In this document: positions 37,145 through 47,809 of the stretch, piece by piece
How the letters are laid out: every line of letters starts with the position of its first letter
Numbering within the stretch: the stretch's first letter is position 1
Source of the DNA: Spirochaetia bacterium
GTDB taxonomy: Bacteria; Spirochaetota; Spirochaetia; DSM-2461
Direction of reading: 5' to 3'
NCBI GenBank assembly: GCA_963668315.1
Contig: OY764216.1
Span: forward strand, 1,056,001 to 1,120,000
DNA: 64,000 nt
Translations under genes and position numbers: made by a program
The notes under the pieces: generated by a model
The model's database searches: none
What the model saw: only the letters and a program-made list of their open reading frames with translations
What the model was told of the DNA's origin: nothing

Positions 37145-37930
37145 TTGTATGCTATTGAACGAATACGAATCATCAAGCAATATCTGGAAGAGCATGGCCA
37201 GGCGCAGGTACAGGCGCTCAGTTCCCTCCTGGACGTTTCGGAAGTAACCGTAAGGAGAGATCTGGAGAGACTGGAAGCCGAAGGGTGGCTGACCCGTACC
37301 CATGGGGGGGCGATAATCAACCGGACCGAAAGTTCATTTTCCCTGGGTGAGCGGGGGCTTGATCTCCTTGAGGACGCCTACAGGGGAATCGCTTCCGTTG
37401 CCCTGCAAATGATTTCCGATGGGGATGTAATAATGCTTACCGGCGGGGAGGCGAACAATGTCATTGCCTCCCGTCTGGGGGAACGGTCCGGTTTGACCGT
37501 CCTGACCAATGATATAAGGATCGCCGCCCAGTTGGGAGAACAGGATTCCAACAAAACCGTCCTTCTGGGCGGGACTCTGGAAAAAGGGGAGCTGGCCCTG
37601 TACGGTTCACTGACCCTGTCCAATCTGGAACGCTTCTATGTAAATCTGCTCTTTTCCGAAGTGGACGGCATCAGCCGGGATCTTCAGTTTACCGTCAGGA
37701 GCCAGGAAAAGGCCGATCTTATCATGCAGGCGAAGAGAGTCGCCCGGAAAAATATCGTGGTCTGCCCCTCGGACAGGGCCGATCAGAACGCCTTCTACAG
37801 GCTGGGGGATATCCATTTCGCCGATCAGCTTATATCCACTTCCGACCTGTCGGGGGATTATAAGTCTTCCATATTCAGCGAGGGAGTCCCCCTCTACACG
37901 CCTATGGAAGCCTATGAGGGGAGCCGCTGA
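37145..37930 (+). CDS. DeoR/GlpR-family regulator
   Basis: VSEVTVRRDLERLE...RTHGGA, LTVLTND. TTG start with GGAGG. Confidence 0.92.
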   Translation: MYAIERIRIIKQYLEEHGQAQVQALSSLLDVSEVTVRRDLERLEAEGWLTRTHGGAIINRTESSFSLGERGLDLLEDAYRGIASVALQMISDGDVIMLTGGEANNVIASRLGERSGLTVLTNDIRIAAQLGEQDSNKTVLLGGTLEKGELALYGSLTLSNLERFYVNLLFSEVDGISRDLQFTVRSQEKADLIMQAKRVARKNIVVCPSDRADQNAFYRLGDIHFADQLISTSDLSGDYKSSIFSEGVPLYTPMEAYEGSR

Positions 37931-37932
37931 TA

Positions 37933-39432
37933 ATGTCACAATATGAACCTTGGCTGGAACTGGTAAATATAGAGAAGCAGTTTGACGGATTCGGACTCGG
38001 ACCGGTCAATTTATCTCTCAGTTCGGGCGAGGTTCATATGGTGGTCGGCGAAAACGGCTCGGGAAAGTCGACGTTGATGAAGCTGATAGCCGGGTGGTTT
38101 CCCCCCGATGAGGGGCAGCTCCTTCTTGAGGGAACACCGGTCCGTTTCAAGGATATCAGGGACGCCTATAAGCAGGGGGTCTTCTATCTTCATCAGGAAT
38201 TCCAGTGCTTTGAAAACTTATCCGTGGCGGAGAATCTTTTCCTGGGCAATCTGCCTTCCCTGAGCCGCTGCCCCCTGTTCTATAACAGGAATGAGATTTT
38301 CCATCGCGGCCGGGAGACCTTTAACGAGCTGGGGATCTCCCTCTCTGCCCAGACTCTTATCCGCAATCTGAATTATGCCGAAAGGCAGCTTGTCTCGGCG
38401 GTCCGCGGCTATCTGTCGCCGGCAAAAGTCGTCATTTTTGACGAGCCCTCCTCGGTTATGTCCCCCGCGGAAAGGGAGATCCTTTTTGATATCGTCACCC
38501 GTCTGAAGAAGCAGGGGAGGATCATTCTGTACATCTCCCACCGGCTGGACGAGATAACCCGGATCGGCGACCGTGTATCCGTCATGGACAAGGGCAAGCT
38601 GCTAATTCCCCAGGACTGCCGCCGGATCGATCAGAACCGTCTGGTGCGGATGATGACCGGGCAGGTTCACAAGGAGCGATATCCCCGGCTTGCCACCAAA
38701 AAGAAAAATGTGATTCTTTCCGTGGACGACCTGAAGTACGAGCCGATTCTCAAGGGGGTGAGCTTTGATCTGAGGGAAGGGGAGATTCTGGGCATTACGG
38801 GGCTGATGGGTTCGGGAAGGACCCTCCTCGCCAACTGCCTATTCGGGATCGTACCTCCCAGCGGGGGGAGAATCGCCGTAGACGGTGAGGATGTCCGATT
38901 CCGCCATCCCGAGGATGCCATGGCCCGCGGTATATCCCTCATTCCCGAAGACCGGGTGAAAAACGGGATTTTTACGAAGATGGATCTTCTGCGCAATATG
39001 ACAAGCGCTTCCCTGGACCGGTTCAAGAATCTCTTCTATCTGGACGAGACGTTCATGGATGAAATGACCCGCAGTTATGTGGACATCATGAAAATCAATC
39101 CGGGAAAGTGCAACGATATCATCGGCGGCTATTCCGGGGGGAATCAGCAGAAGGTCATGGTCTCCAAATGGCTTATGAGCCGGACGAAAATCTATATCAT
39201 GGACGAGCCGACCCGGGGGATAGACCAGGCGTCGCGCGTGGATATCTACAACACCATGAATGATCTGACGTCGAAGGGGGCCGGAATCATACTGATCTCC
39301 TCGGAGATAGAGGAGACTCTGGGCATGTCCGACAGGATTCTCGTCCTTTCAAACGGAGTTATCTCCCGGGAAATGACGAGGGAAGAAGCTTCCAAGGAAG
39401 TCATAATCGAAGCGGCCACTCTGGAGATTTAG
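37933..39432 (+). CDS. Sugar ABC ATP-binding protein (CUT2, two NBDs), no adjacent permease
   Basis: [35 protein letters not shown]. Confidence 0.88.
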   Translation: MSQYEPWLELVNIEKQFDGFGLGPVNLSLSSGEVHMVVGENGSGKSTLMKLIAGWFPPDEGQLLLEGTPVRFKDIRDAYKQGVFYLHQEFQCFENLSVAENLFLGNLPSLSRCPLFYNRNEIFHRGRETFNELGISLSAQTLIRNLNYAERQLVSAVRGYLSPAKVVIFDEPSSVMSPAEREILFDIVTRLKKQGRIILYISHRLDEITRIGDRVSVMDKGKLLIPQDCRRIDQNRLVRMMTGQVHKERYPRLATKKKNVILSVDDLKYEPILKGVSFDLREGEILGITGLMGSGRTLLANCLFGIVPPSGGRIAVDGEDVRFRHPEDAMARGISLIPEDRVKNGIFTKMDLLRNMTSASLDRFKNLFYLDETFMDEMTRSYVDIMKINPGKCNDIIGGYSGGNQQKVMVSKWLMSRTKIYIMDEPTRGIDQASRVDIYNTMNDLTSKGAGIILISSEIEETLGMSDRILVLSNGVISREMTREEASKEVIIEAATLEI

Positions 39433-42400
39433 CTTTCGGGGGTATCGAGGATGCGCCGGATCGTCAAAGCCAGCTCCCGGCTGGAAAAGGGTTTCTGTAT
39501 AAAGCGTATCCCCTCTTCGAGGATTCCGTGGCTGGCAATAATATCGTCGATGTAACCGCTCATGAACAGATATTTGATGCGGGGATGATCTGCGGTGATG
39601 ATTTTGATGAGCTCCTTGCCGTTCATCTCGGGCATCACGATATCGCTCAGTATCAGGTCCAGTTCATTCCCCTTCTCTTCGGCGACGCGCAGAGCCTCCC
39701 CCTTTGTCCCCGCCGTCAGAACGGAATAACCGTAGCGTTCAAGCATCCGGGCGGTCATATGCATGAGGGCCTCTTCGTCCTCTATCACCAGTATCTGTTC
39801 CTGACCCCCGGCGGCGGCCTTTTCCGTCTGCTCGGCTTTCTCTGTTTTTTCTCCCGTTTCACGGAGGAAGAAAACCTTGAATGTCGTACCTATCCCCGGT
39901 TCGCTGTAGACGCTTATACTGCCCTGGTTTTGTTTGACGATCCCGTAAACCGTGGAAAGCCCCAGCCCCGTGCCCTTTCCCCTGCTCTTGGTGGTGAAAA
40001 AGGGTTCGAATATCTGGGAAAGGGTCACTCCATCCATCCCTCTTCCGTCGTCGGAAACCGAAAGGCATATATATTCTCCCGGAGACACATCGGGATGAAA
40101 GGCGCAATAGGTCTCGTCCAGTACCTGATTGGACGTGCTGATGGTCATGGAGCCCGTTCCGTCAATCGCGTCACGGGCGTTGACACAGAGATTCGCCAGT
40201 ATCTGATCGATCTGAACGGGATCCATCAGTGTTTTCCACAGATCTCTGTCCGGTTTCCAGCTGAGTTCGATATATTCTCCGATCAGGCTTTTCAGCATCT
40301 TCAGCATCTTTTCCACCGTTGAGTTCAGGTCAAGCTGCTGCGGCCGGGCATTCTGCTTTCTGGCAAAAGCCAGCAACTGCCGGGTCAGATCGGCCGATCT
40401 CTCCGCTGCATTCATGATCTCATTAAGGTAGGAATCGTGTTCTGCATCTTTCCGGCGGCTGTTCAGGGCCATCTCGGTATATCCCATGATAATGCCCAGG
40501 ATGTTATTGAAATCATGGGCCACACCGCCGGCCAGCCGCCCGATGGATTCGACCTTCTGTATCTGCTGGAGCTGCTCCTCAAGGGTTTTCTGTTCCGTGA
40601 TATCGGTGGTGATGAATCCGATTCCCTCTCCCACGGGAAACACTTTGTGGCTGAGGTGCATCTCCCTGTTTTCACTCTGATGTCTTCGCTGGAACATATA
40701 GGTCCTGCCCGTTTCTCTGACCAGATCGAAGTACTTGATAATCTCTCTGCCGCTTTCGCTGTATCTCTCCTTAAAATCGGCAATATTCGAGCTTCTGACG
40801 CGGTCCCTGACAATTCCTTCGGGGTAGAGTTCAAGGGCCCTGTTATTGATAAGAACGATATAGCCGTTCTTATCGTAAATCGTTATGGCGTCGCTGGTGG
40901 ACTCCATAAAGGCCTGGAGCCAGGTACGCTTCTCATCAAGCTCCCGGGCGGCGGAGATTTTTTCCGTGATATCCTCTGACAGGCCAAGAAGATATTCCGG
41001 TTTCCCTTCGCTGTTCAGCAGGGGAATCTTCTGGGTATGAAGAATCCTCTCTTCCCCGTCCCGGGTCTCGACTCTCTCTTGGGGAATATCCAGCAAGGTC
41101 TTGGACTTCAGAATCTTCCGGTCCATTGAGTTGAAGAAATCGGCGATATCCCGGGGGAAAATATCTTCATCCCTTTTCCTCATTATTTCATCTCTTTTCC
41201 TTCCGATAAGCTCCTCTCCCGCTTTATTGATGCGGACGTATGTGAGTTCGGACGCCTCTTTGACAAATATCATGCTGGGAATATTCTCGAAGATATTGGT
41301 GATGAAATTCTCTTTTTCCTGGATATCTCTGTACATGAGAAGGTTGGTGAGGGAATCGGTTATACGGTTCCCTATCTCCTGGAAGAGCTCTTTCTCCCTC
41401 TCGGTCCATACTCTTTCATTCAGGCAGTGGTGAAGGACGAAAACCCAGGGCTTGCCCATTTTCGGGTGGAGGATTATCTGCATGATCGCTCGGGTTTTGT
41501 ACTTCTCCCAGTTCCCTTCATTCCCTTTTTCCGGTTCGTATCTTTCGTAGATTCTTCCCGTTTCGAGCATCTTGCGGTATGCGGCTGTCACAAAGGGGGA
41601 CATGGGTGTTTCCCGTCTCGTGTGGTCGGAATCGGGAACATCGGGAGTATGGCGGGAAAAGGGGACGCGCAGTATCGGGCTGTCCGGATCGCAGGGATAG
41701 ACAAAGTAGGCCCGGTGGCAATGAAATATGGAAAGCACGTCGTCGAGTATGTTGTTGAGGACTTCTTCCAGATCGGTACTTTTTTGTATGGTCTGATTAA
41801 TTCGGTCCAGGTTCCTGAAAAAGTCGATATGCTCCTGCCGTTCCCTTTCCGCTTCCTTGTGGGCGGTTATATCCCTGGCTATCCCAAGGACGCCGGTGAT
41901 TTCTCCGTTCCCCTGCAGAATGGGGGTTTTGATCGTTTCCAGTATTTCCCGGTGACCGTCGGAGGCGAAGGTCAGCTCTATCTCGTTCTTCACCTCTTCC
42001 CTGGTTTCCAGAACATGCCTATCCCTCTGATGGAAGGTTTCCGCCTGTTCTCTGCTGACAAGATCGTAATCAGTCTTTCCTATGATCTCCGAGCTGTCGG
42101 CCCCGAGGAAATTCTCCACCCGGGGATTGCAGTACAGGAAACGGCCTTCCTTGTCTTTCATCCAGAAAAGATCGGGCATGGTATTGATAAGGGTTCTCAG
42201 GTAGGACTCTTTTCTCTTCAGTTCATCCAACAGCTTCCTGTCCTTCTCCCTATGCCTGTTCAGTACATAATTCTGGTAGGCGATGGTGGAAAGCTGATCG
42301 GCCAGCAGGGTGAGAAACTGGACATCCTGCTCAAACCGTTCCCGCCTTATGGGGGTAATTTCGTTAAAGGCGGTGAGCAAATCTTCCTCGTCGGCGCCAA

Positions 42401-42818
42401 TCTTGCGGGCATACTGCCTGATATTGCTTTCCGGCTGGGAGTCGTCTCTTATCTGCCCGATCATCCAGAAGGCGATGGGCCGGCCGTTGATCCTTATGGC
42501 AGTGGCGGCATCCAGCATTCCCGCACTTAGGCAGGGATGTATAATCGGCTCCCCTTCGGTCATCTGGCCCAGGACGGCATCTGAATGGCGGCAGTTAATC
42601 AATCCGGCGGGCGTATCCCTTACCATCTGGCAGAACCGGGTAAAGCCCGATGCCCTGGTTATGGGAGCGCCTGAGGTCTCGACGATGATCGAAGCCGTCC
42701 CGGTGGTGAGTGAAAATTGATCCTGCAGCCGCTGTAAATCCTCCAACGCGAAGAGTTCGGTCAAAGAGAGGTCATCGTTTACTGAGCTATCCGTATCATT
42801 GTCATGACGTTTACCCAC
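39429..42818 (-). CDS. Hybrid sensor histidine kinase (PocR, PAS, GAF, PAS, PAS, HisKA, HATPase, REC)
   Basis: PocR FC..VR...C..SD; PAS/PAC motifs; GGVAHDFNN; NARDA; FEPFFTTK..GKGTGLGL; receiver DIVMPEMNG. Confidence 0.92.
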   Translation of the reverse strand: MGKRHDNDTDSSVNDDLSLTELFALEDLQRLQDQFSLTTGTASIIVETSGAPITRASGFTRFCQMVRDTPAGLINCRHSDAVLGQMTEGEPIIHPCLSAGMLDAATAIRINGRPIAFWMIGQIRDDSQPESNIRQYARKIGADEEDLLTAFNEITPIRRERFEQDVQFLTLLADQLSTIAYQNYVLNRHREKDRKLLDELKRKESYLRTLINTMPDLFWMKDKEGRFLYCNPRVENFLGADSSEIIGKTDYDLVSREQAETFHQRDRHVLETREEVKNEIELTFASDGHREILETIKTPILQGNGEITGVLGIARDITAHKEAERERQEHIDFFRNLDRINQTIQKSTDLEEVLNNILDDVLSIFHCHRAYFVYPCDPDSPILRVPFSRHTPDVPDSDHTRRETPMSPFVTAAYRKMLETGRIYERYEPEKGNEGNWEKYKTRAIMQIILHPKMGKPWVFVLHHCLNERVWTEREKELFQEIGNRITDSLTNLLMYRDIQEKENFITNIFENIPSMIFVKEASELTYVRINKAGEELIGRKRDEIMRKRDEDIFPRDIADFFNSMDRKILKSKTLLDIPQERVETRDGEERILHTQKIPLLNSEGKPEYLLGLSEDITEKISAARELDEKRTWLQAFMESTSDAITIYDKNGYIVLINNRALELYPEGIVRDRVRSSNIADFKERYSESGREIIKYFDLVRETGRTYMFQRRHQSENREMHLSHKVFPVGEGIGFITTDITEQKTLEEQLQQIQKVESIGRLAGGVAHDFNNILGIIMGYTEMALNSRRKDAEHDSYLNEIMNAAERSADLTRQLLAFARKQNARPQQLDLNSTVEKMLKMLKSLIGEYIELSWKPDRDLWKTLMDPVQIDQILANLCVNARDAIDGTGSMTISTSNQVLDETYCAFHPDVSPGEYICLSVSDDGRGMDGVTLSQIFEPFFTTKSRGKGTGLGLSTVYGIVKQNQGSISVYSEPGIGTTFKVFFLRETGEKTEKAEQTEKAAAGGQEQILVIEDEEALMHMTARMLERYGYSVLTAGTKGEALRVAEEKGNELDLILSDIVMPEMNGKELIKIITADHPRIKYLFMSGYIDDIIASHGILEEGIRFIQKPFSSRELALTIRRILDTPES

Positions 42819-42920
42819 GATAATAGAATAGCGTCGAAAAAGAGAAAAAGCAAATTGTTTTATCTATCGGATCCCGGGAACCCTATCTCCCTTCCGGGAG
42901 GGAGATTTCATTCAGGACGG

Positions 42921-44219
42921 CTATTCTCTCTCGTCCACTACCCTTATCGCTTTCCCTTCCTGCACCGGAAGCACGCCCGGTTCGTGAAGTTCTATCTGGG
43001 GATTGATCGTAATCGAGGCGCGGAGGTCATTTTTCAACCGTCCGATCAGGGCGTTCATTTTGCGTGAGTCATCGCTGAAAATGCCTTCATTCACTTCGGT
43101 CTGGATGATCAGCTGGTCCAGGGTCCCTTTCTTCCTGAGCAGAATGCGGTAGTTATTACCGATTTCGGGCATTTTCATGATGACTTCCTCAATCTGGCTG
43201 GGGAAGACATTCACACCGTTTATAATCATCATGTCGTCTGTCCGTCCGGTTATGCGGCTGATCCGTCTTCCCGTCCTCCCGCAGGGGCATTTCCCGGGGA
43301 TGATAGACGTCAGATCTTTGGTCCTGTAACGGAGGATCGGGGTGGCCGACCGGATGAGAATGGTAAGGACCAGTTCGCCTTCGGTCCCTTCCGGAACGGG
43401 CTGGAAGTTATGCCTGTCTATAATCTCCATGTAGTAGGAATCCTCCCAGAGGTGCATTCCGGTTTTTTCCTCACACTCGAAGGCCACGCTCGGGCCGTTC
43501 ATCTCTGAAAGGCCGTAGGAGTTGTAAGCCTGAATGCCCCAGAGCTCCTCTATTTTCTGGCGGACTTCCTCCGAATGGGGTTCCGCGCCTATCAGGGCTC
43601 TCTTCAGCTTGAAATCGGAGGGCTTATAACCGTATTCGGCCATCTTCCCGAACATATGCAGCATATAGCTGGGAGTGGCATGAACGACGGTCGTGCCGAA
43701 ATCCTTCATAAGTTTGTATTGACGGGCCGTGTTGCCGCTGGAAGCGGGAATAACCAGCATCCCCAGTTTTTCCGCCCCGTAATGAAGGCCGATACCCCCT
43801 GTAAAGAGACCGTAGGTCATCATATTCTGGAACACATCCCCCCTGTGGCAGCCTACGGCCATGAGGGAGCGGACCGTCATATCGGTCCAGTTGTCAAGGT
43901 CTTTCTGATTCAGATAGATGACCGTGGGATCTCCTGTCGTGCCGCTCGAAGCGTGCATCCGCACCACTTCGTCCATGGAACAGGAGAGCATTCCCGTCGG
44001 GTAGGCGTCGCGGAGATCATCTTTGGTGGTAAAGGGGATCTGCTCTATGTCTTTAAGGGACTTCAGATCTTCCGCAGAGGTCAGTCCGATTTTGCCCAGC
44101 CTTTCCCGGTAGAAAGGTGTCTTTAACGCATGGGATACGGTTCTTTTCAGCTGGAATAACTGAAGGGCCCGCAGTCCTTCTCTGTCCAGGGTTTCCAGTT
44201 CTTCGTTATGACATACCAT
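42921..44219 (-). CDS. paaK: Phenylacetate--CoA ligase family protein
   Basis: PFTTKDDLR, HASSGTTG, YGLFTGG, YGLSE, RYRTKD, GRTDDMMIINGVNVFPSQIE. Confidence 0.9.
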   Translation of the reverse strand: MVCHNEELETLDREGLRALQLFQLKRTVSHALKTPFYRERLGKIGLTSAEDLKSLKDIEQIPFTTKDDLRDAYPTGMLSCSMDEVVRMHASSGTTGDPTVIYLNQKDLDNWTDMTVRSLMAVGCHRGDVFQNMMTYGLFTGGIGLHYGAEKLGMLVIPASSGNTARQYKLMKDFGTTVVHATPSYMLHMFGKMAEYGYKPSDFKLKRALIGAEPHSEEVRQKIEELWGIQAYNSYGLSEMNGPSVAFECEEKTGMHLWEDSYYMEIIDRHNFQPVPEGTEGELVLTILIRSATPILRYRTKDLTSIIPGKCPCGRTGRRISRITGRTDDMMIINGVNVFPSQIEEVIMKMPEIGNNYRILLRKKGTLDQLIIQTEVNEGIFSDDSRKMNALIGRLKNDLRASITINPQIELHEPGVLPVQEGKAIRVVDERE

Positions 44220-44328
44220 ATTAATTCTCCTCCGGGAAACGGTTGATTTCTAAGGGATACGGAATAGGGACTTCTATAAAAAAAGAAGCTTTCCTGCCTG
44301 GGTCGGCGGGCTTCTGATTATATACCGA

Positions 44329-45153
44329 TTATCTCCAAAGGTAAAGCTTGTAAATACGATGAGAAAAAAGGATCGTCCCTGAGAGGAGGAGGATAAGTCC
44401 TCCCACGCAGCTGTAAAATGTCATGTAAAAAAGAAGCGTTTCCCCGGTTATACATAGAATGGTCGCCGTTGTCAAAATGAAATAGTCTATCGTTTTCCGC
44501 TGGTAGAAGAACCAGAGAAAATTAATGGGGATGATAAGTTTGATTATCAGGAAGAGGAAGAAAAGGCTCAGCTCGTTGACCGGCAGATAGGTGAGGGTAT
44601 TCTGGATGAAACGGCTGCTCACGGGGATTGTCGCTGCCAGGCCGAAGGAGACGACCAGAGCGAACGGGAAAAAGGGATCGCTTTTCTGGATTCGGTTGTC
44701 AAACACGGAAATTCCGGAAAGGAGGAGAAAAAGGAGGCCGCTGAACCGGAAGAATAAAACCGCCCGGCTTATCCGTACGGTTACACTGAAGGGAAGATGA
44801 TACCAGGCCGCCCCATAGCTGTAAAGCCGGATGGATATAAGGGAGAGGGAAAGAAGAAACAGCTGGAAATAGAAAATCTCCTGGGATGAGGAGTGACGGA
44901 AGCACAGAATAAGAACAAGAGAGGCAAGAAGGGGAAGGCTTGAGGACGCTCCATGGAGCAGCAGCAGCCGGCCGAAGGGAAGGGGAGAACCGTTGCCCGT
45001 GCCGAGCCATCTGCTCTGCCTTATAAGGGAGAGGGGATGGTATTGCTCCATTTCCTGAAGATGAACGGCGAGAAAATAGAGGATTATTCCATTAAGAATG
45101 ACGCTTAGAGCGAAGAGGCCCCAGATTGTTTTGTGTCTCGCCGAGAGAGTCAT
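44329..45153 (-). CDS. Hypothetical polytopic membrane protein
   Basis: About 7-8 hydrophobic segments; fills the gap between paaK and the divergent GGDEF-EAL gene. Confidence 0.7.
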   Translation of the reverse strand: MTLSARHKTIWGLFALSVILNGIILYFLAVHLQEMEQYHPLSLIRQSRWLGTGNGSPLPFGRLLLLHGASSSLPLLASLVLILCFRHSSSQEIFYFQLFLLSLSLISIRLYSYGAAWYHLPFSVTVRISRAVLFFRFSGLLFLLLSGISVFDNRIQKSDPFFPFALVVSFGLAATIPVSSRFIQNTLTYLPVNELSLFFLFLIIKLIIPINFLWFFYQRKTIDYFILTTATILCITGETLLFYMTFYSCVGGLILLLSGTILFSHRIYKLYLWR

Positions 45154-45233
45154 GCCCGGGATTATACCATAAAAATCAAAAAAATCCGACTTTTTTCAAT
45201 AGCGATGCCGATATAAAAAAGAGGGGAGTAGGA

Positions 45234-47756
45234 GTGAGTAATCTCAAGATAGTATCGTGGAAAAACGTCGCGGTCTTCATTCTTTTGACCGGGGCCGGAG
45301 CATGCCTGAATATGATGAGTCTGAGTTTTGAACTGGGGCAGACTTTTTTCCTCGGAGGCATCGCCGTACTTCTCATCTTCATGACTCTTCCTTTTCCCTT
45401 TGCCCTTATCAGTGTTCTGCTGATCAATCTCCCCCTCTTCGGCAGCTGGCTTTTTTTCTTTTTTCCGGTATTTTCCCTCGGCGAACTTTTCTTTCTGTGG
45501 TTTGCACGGAGGAAGGGGATCCGTAATCTGGTGGGCGTGGATGGCCTCTTCTGGCTGTTTCCCGGCCTGCCTCTTATTTTCGCCCTGACCTCCCGGATCT
45601 ACGGCTTTGAACCGGGACTCTCCTTTGCCTTCTTCGCCGGAATAGCCGTCAACGGCATTATCTGCGTCACATCGGCTTCCATGCTGTACTACGGCTGGAT
45701 CCTATGTATAGCCAGAATCCTCAACAGGCCCAATGGCGTCGTCTTTTCCCTGAGAACCATACTATTCAATACGGTCGCCCTGGGAATACTTGTGATTTCT
45801 CTTCTGTTCTATGCCCTGGATAATGGCCGGTTTACCCACCGTTTCATGAATGAAACCGGCAGTATACTGGAGAGGGAAGCCGACAGAATCCTCAGTCTTG
45901 GAAATGAAGGGGGAAACGCCTCCTTTGTGGAATTCACTCCCCGGCCGGCCGCCTACCTGGAGGAAGGGGGATCCGTCCTCCGTAACCGTCCGGGCGAAGA
46001 TGGGCCCCTGGGAAAGAATGATTTACTCTGGGAGAGCGTGGAATCGGGACAATCGCTTTTTCTCACCTACGGAGAGAGAGAACACGACCTGCTGCCCTGG
46101 ATAGGAGCTCATGTCGTCTTTAGTAAGGATGTCATAGGAGCCAGACAGGGGTATCTTTTTCTCTCCTACCCGCTTGCTTACTCGGAGACTCCCGTAAAGA
46201 TCCATTACATTCGTACTATGGCCGTTTTTCTCGTGATTCTTTACGGAGCCTTTCTTCTGGCCCTGATACTCTCCCCTCTGCTGGCCGGACCGATTACGGA
46301 ACTGACCCGCATCGCCGAAGCATTGAGCCGGGAGGAAACGGAGGGCCTGGGGAAAATCCGATGGCCCGACAGCACGGTGGAAGAGATACATAATCTGGTG
46401 GATTTTTCCCAGAAGTCCTACGGCAATATGATTGAGCGCAACGTCCAGCTGACCTCTCTCAACCGGTCGCTGGAGTATTCCGCCTATTATGACGGGCTGA
46501 CGAAGCTTCCGAACCGGAACCTGTTTATCGACAAACTGGAAGAGATGATCCATGACGGGATGCATTTTGTTCTTGTTTTTACGGATCTCGACGGCTTCAA
46601 GATGATAAACGATACCTATGGGCACAGAATCGGTGACGTCATACTCATCGAATACGCCTTCCGTTTTTCCAATCTGGGGAAGTGCGATTTTGCCGCCCGG
46701 CTGGGGGGAGATGAGTTCGCCCTTCTTATTCCCGATGTGGAGACGACAGAACAGATTGAAGCACGTATGAAAGGGATGATGGAGAGGCTTATCCGCCCGA
46801 TAGATGTGGAAGGGGAGCTGCATTCCATCCATTCCAGCATCGGAGTGGCCCTCTGCCCTGAGCACGGGATGTCCGTCTCGGCTCTCCTGCGGAATGCCGA
46901 TCTGGCCATGTACAAGGTCAAGTCGGAAGGGAAGAACAACTGGCTCTTATATAACGAAGAGCTGAATAACACCCTAACCCAGTATGAAATGGAGATCGGC
47001 ATATACAAGGCCTTCGAACAGAAGCAGTTCGAGCTTTACTACCAGCCCCAGGTGGATATACGGACGGGCTCGATCGTCAGCCTGGAGGCTCTGATCCGCT
47101 GGAATCATCCCGAGAAGGGATTTATCTCTCCTTCCCTTTTCATCCCCCTGGCCGAGAGGATGGATATTATGATCCCCATCGGCTACTGGGTCATTGAAGA
47201 AGCGGCGAAGAAAGGAAAGGATCTGATCGACAGGGGATTCAGGGGCGTTATCTCGGTAAACGTTTCCCCGCGGCAGTTTTCGGAGACGAACTTTTTTCAT
47301 GCGACCCGGGAGATCCTGGAGAGAATCGGCCTGGAGCCCTGTTATTTCGGCATAGAAGTGACCGAGACCATGGTCATGGGCAATGTGAGTTTTACCAGCA
47401 GAATCATTTCCCAGTTCATGAAATACGGGGTCCGTGTCTCCATCGATGACTTCGGAACCGGCTATACTTCTCTGAGCCTCCTCCAGGATTTGAATGTCCA
47501 TACATTGAAAATCGATCAGACCTTTGTGGGCAAGGTGGGGCAGAGCAAGAAGAATGAGATTGTTCTGAACAATATCATCAAACTGACGAAAGAGCTGGAA
47601 ATGGACATCGTGGTGGAAGGGGTCGAAACGGAAGAGCAGAACAGTTTTTTCCTTGACCGGGCCTGTTACACCTCCCAGGGGTTTCTCTACCATAAGCCCC
47701 TCCCCTATGGAGAGCTGAAAGAGGTTCTCAGGCAGTCTTCCGAATTCCTCGGATAG
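45234..47756 (+). CDS. Membrane-bound GGDEF-EAL diguanylate cyclase/phosphodiesterase
   Basis: N-terminal TM bundle, HAMP-like segment, RLGGDEF, EALIRW, DDFGTGY, VVEGVET. GTG start estimated at 45234. Confidence 0.92.
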   Translation: MSNLKIVSWKNVAVFILLTGAGACLNMMSLSFELGQTFFLGGIAVLLIFMTLPFPFALISVLLINLPLFGSWLFFFFPVFSLGELFFLWFARRKGIRNLVGVDGLFWLFPGLPLIFALTSRIYGFEPGLSFAFFAGIAVNGIICVTSASMLYYGWILCIARILNRPNGVVFSLRTILFNTVALGILVISLLFYALDNGRFTHRFMNETGSILEREADRILSLGNEGGNASFVEFTPRPAAYLEEGGSVLRNRPGEDGPLGKNDLLWESVESGQSLFLTYGEREHDLLPWIGAHVVFSKDVIGARQGYLFLSYPLAYSETPVKIHYIRTMAVFLVILYGAFLLALILSPLLAGPITELTRIAEALSREETEGLGKIRWPDSTVEEIHNLVDFSQKSYGNMIERNVQLTSLNRSLEYSAYYDGLTKLPNRNLFIDKLEEMIHDGMHFVLVFTDLDGFKMINDTYGHRIGDVILIEYAFRFSNLGKCDFAARLGGDEFALLIPDVETTEQIEARMKGMMERLIRPIDVEGELHSIHSSIGVALCPEHGMSVSALLRNADLAMYKVKSEGKNNWLLYNEELNNTLTQYEMEIGIYKAFEQKQFELYYQPQVDIRTGSIVSLEALIRWNHPEKGFISPSLFIPLAERMDIMIPIGYWVIEEAAKKGKDLIDRGFRGVISVNVSPRQFSETNFFHATREILERIGLEPCYFGIEVTETMVMGNVSFTSRIISQFMKYGVRVSIDDFGTGYTSLSLLQDLNVHTLKIDQTFVGKVGQSKKNEIVLNNIIKLTKELEMDIVVEGVETEEQNSFFLDRACYTSQGFLYHKPLPYGELKEVLRQSSEFLG

Positions 47757-47764
47757 GGCGCATC

Positions 47765-47791
47765 AAAAAAGGGAGCCCCGGAAGGCTCCCT
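47765..47791 (-). terminator. Intrinsic terminator (U-tract on minus strand)
   Basis: AAAAA-AGGGAGCC-ccggaa-GGCTCCCT. Confidence 0.75.
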
Positions 47792-47809
47792 CTGACTTCT
47801 TGCTGATAT

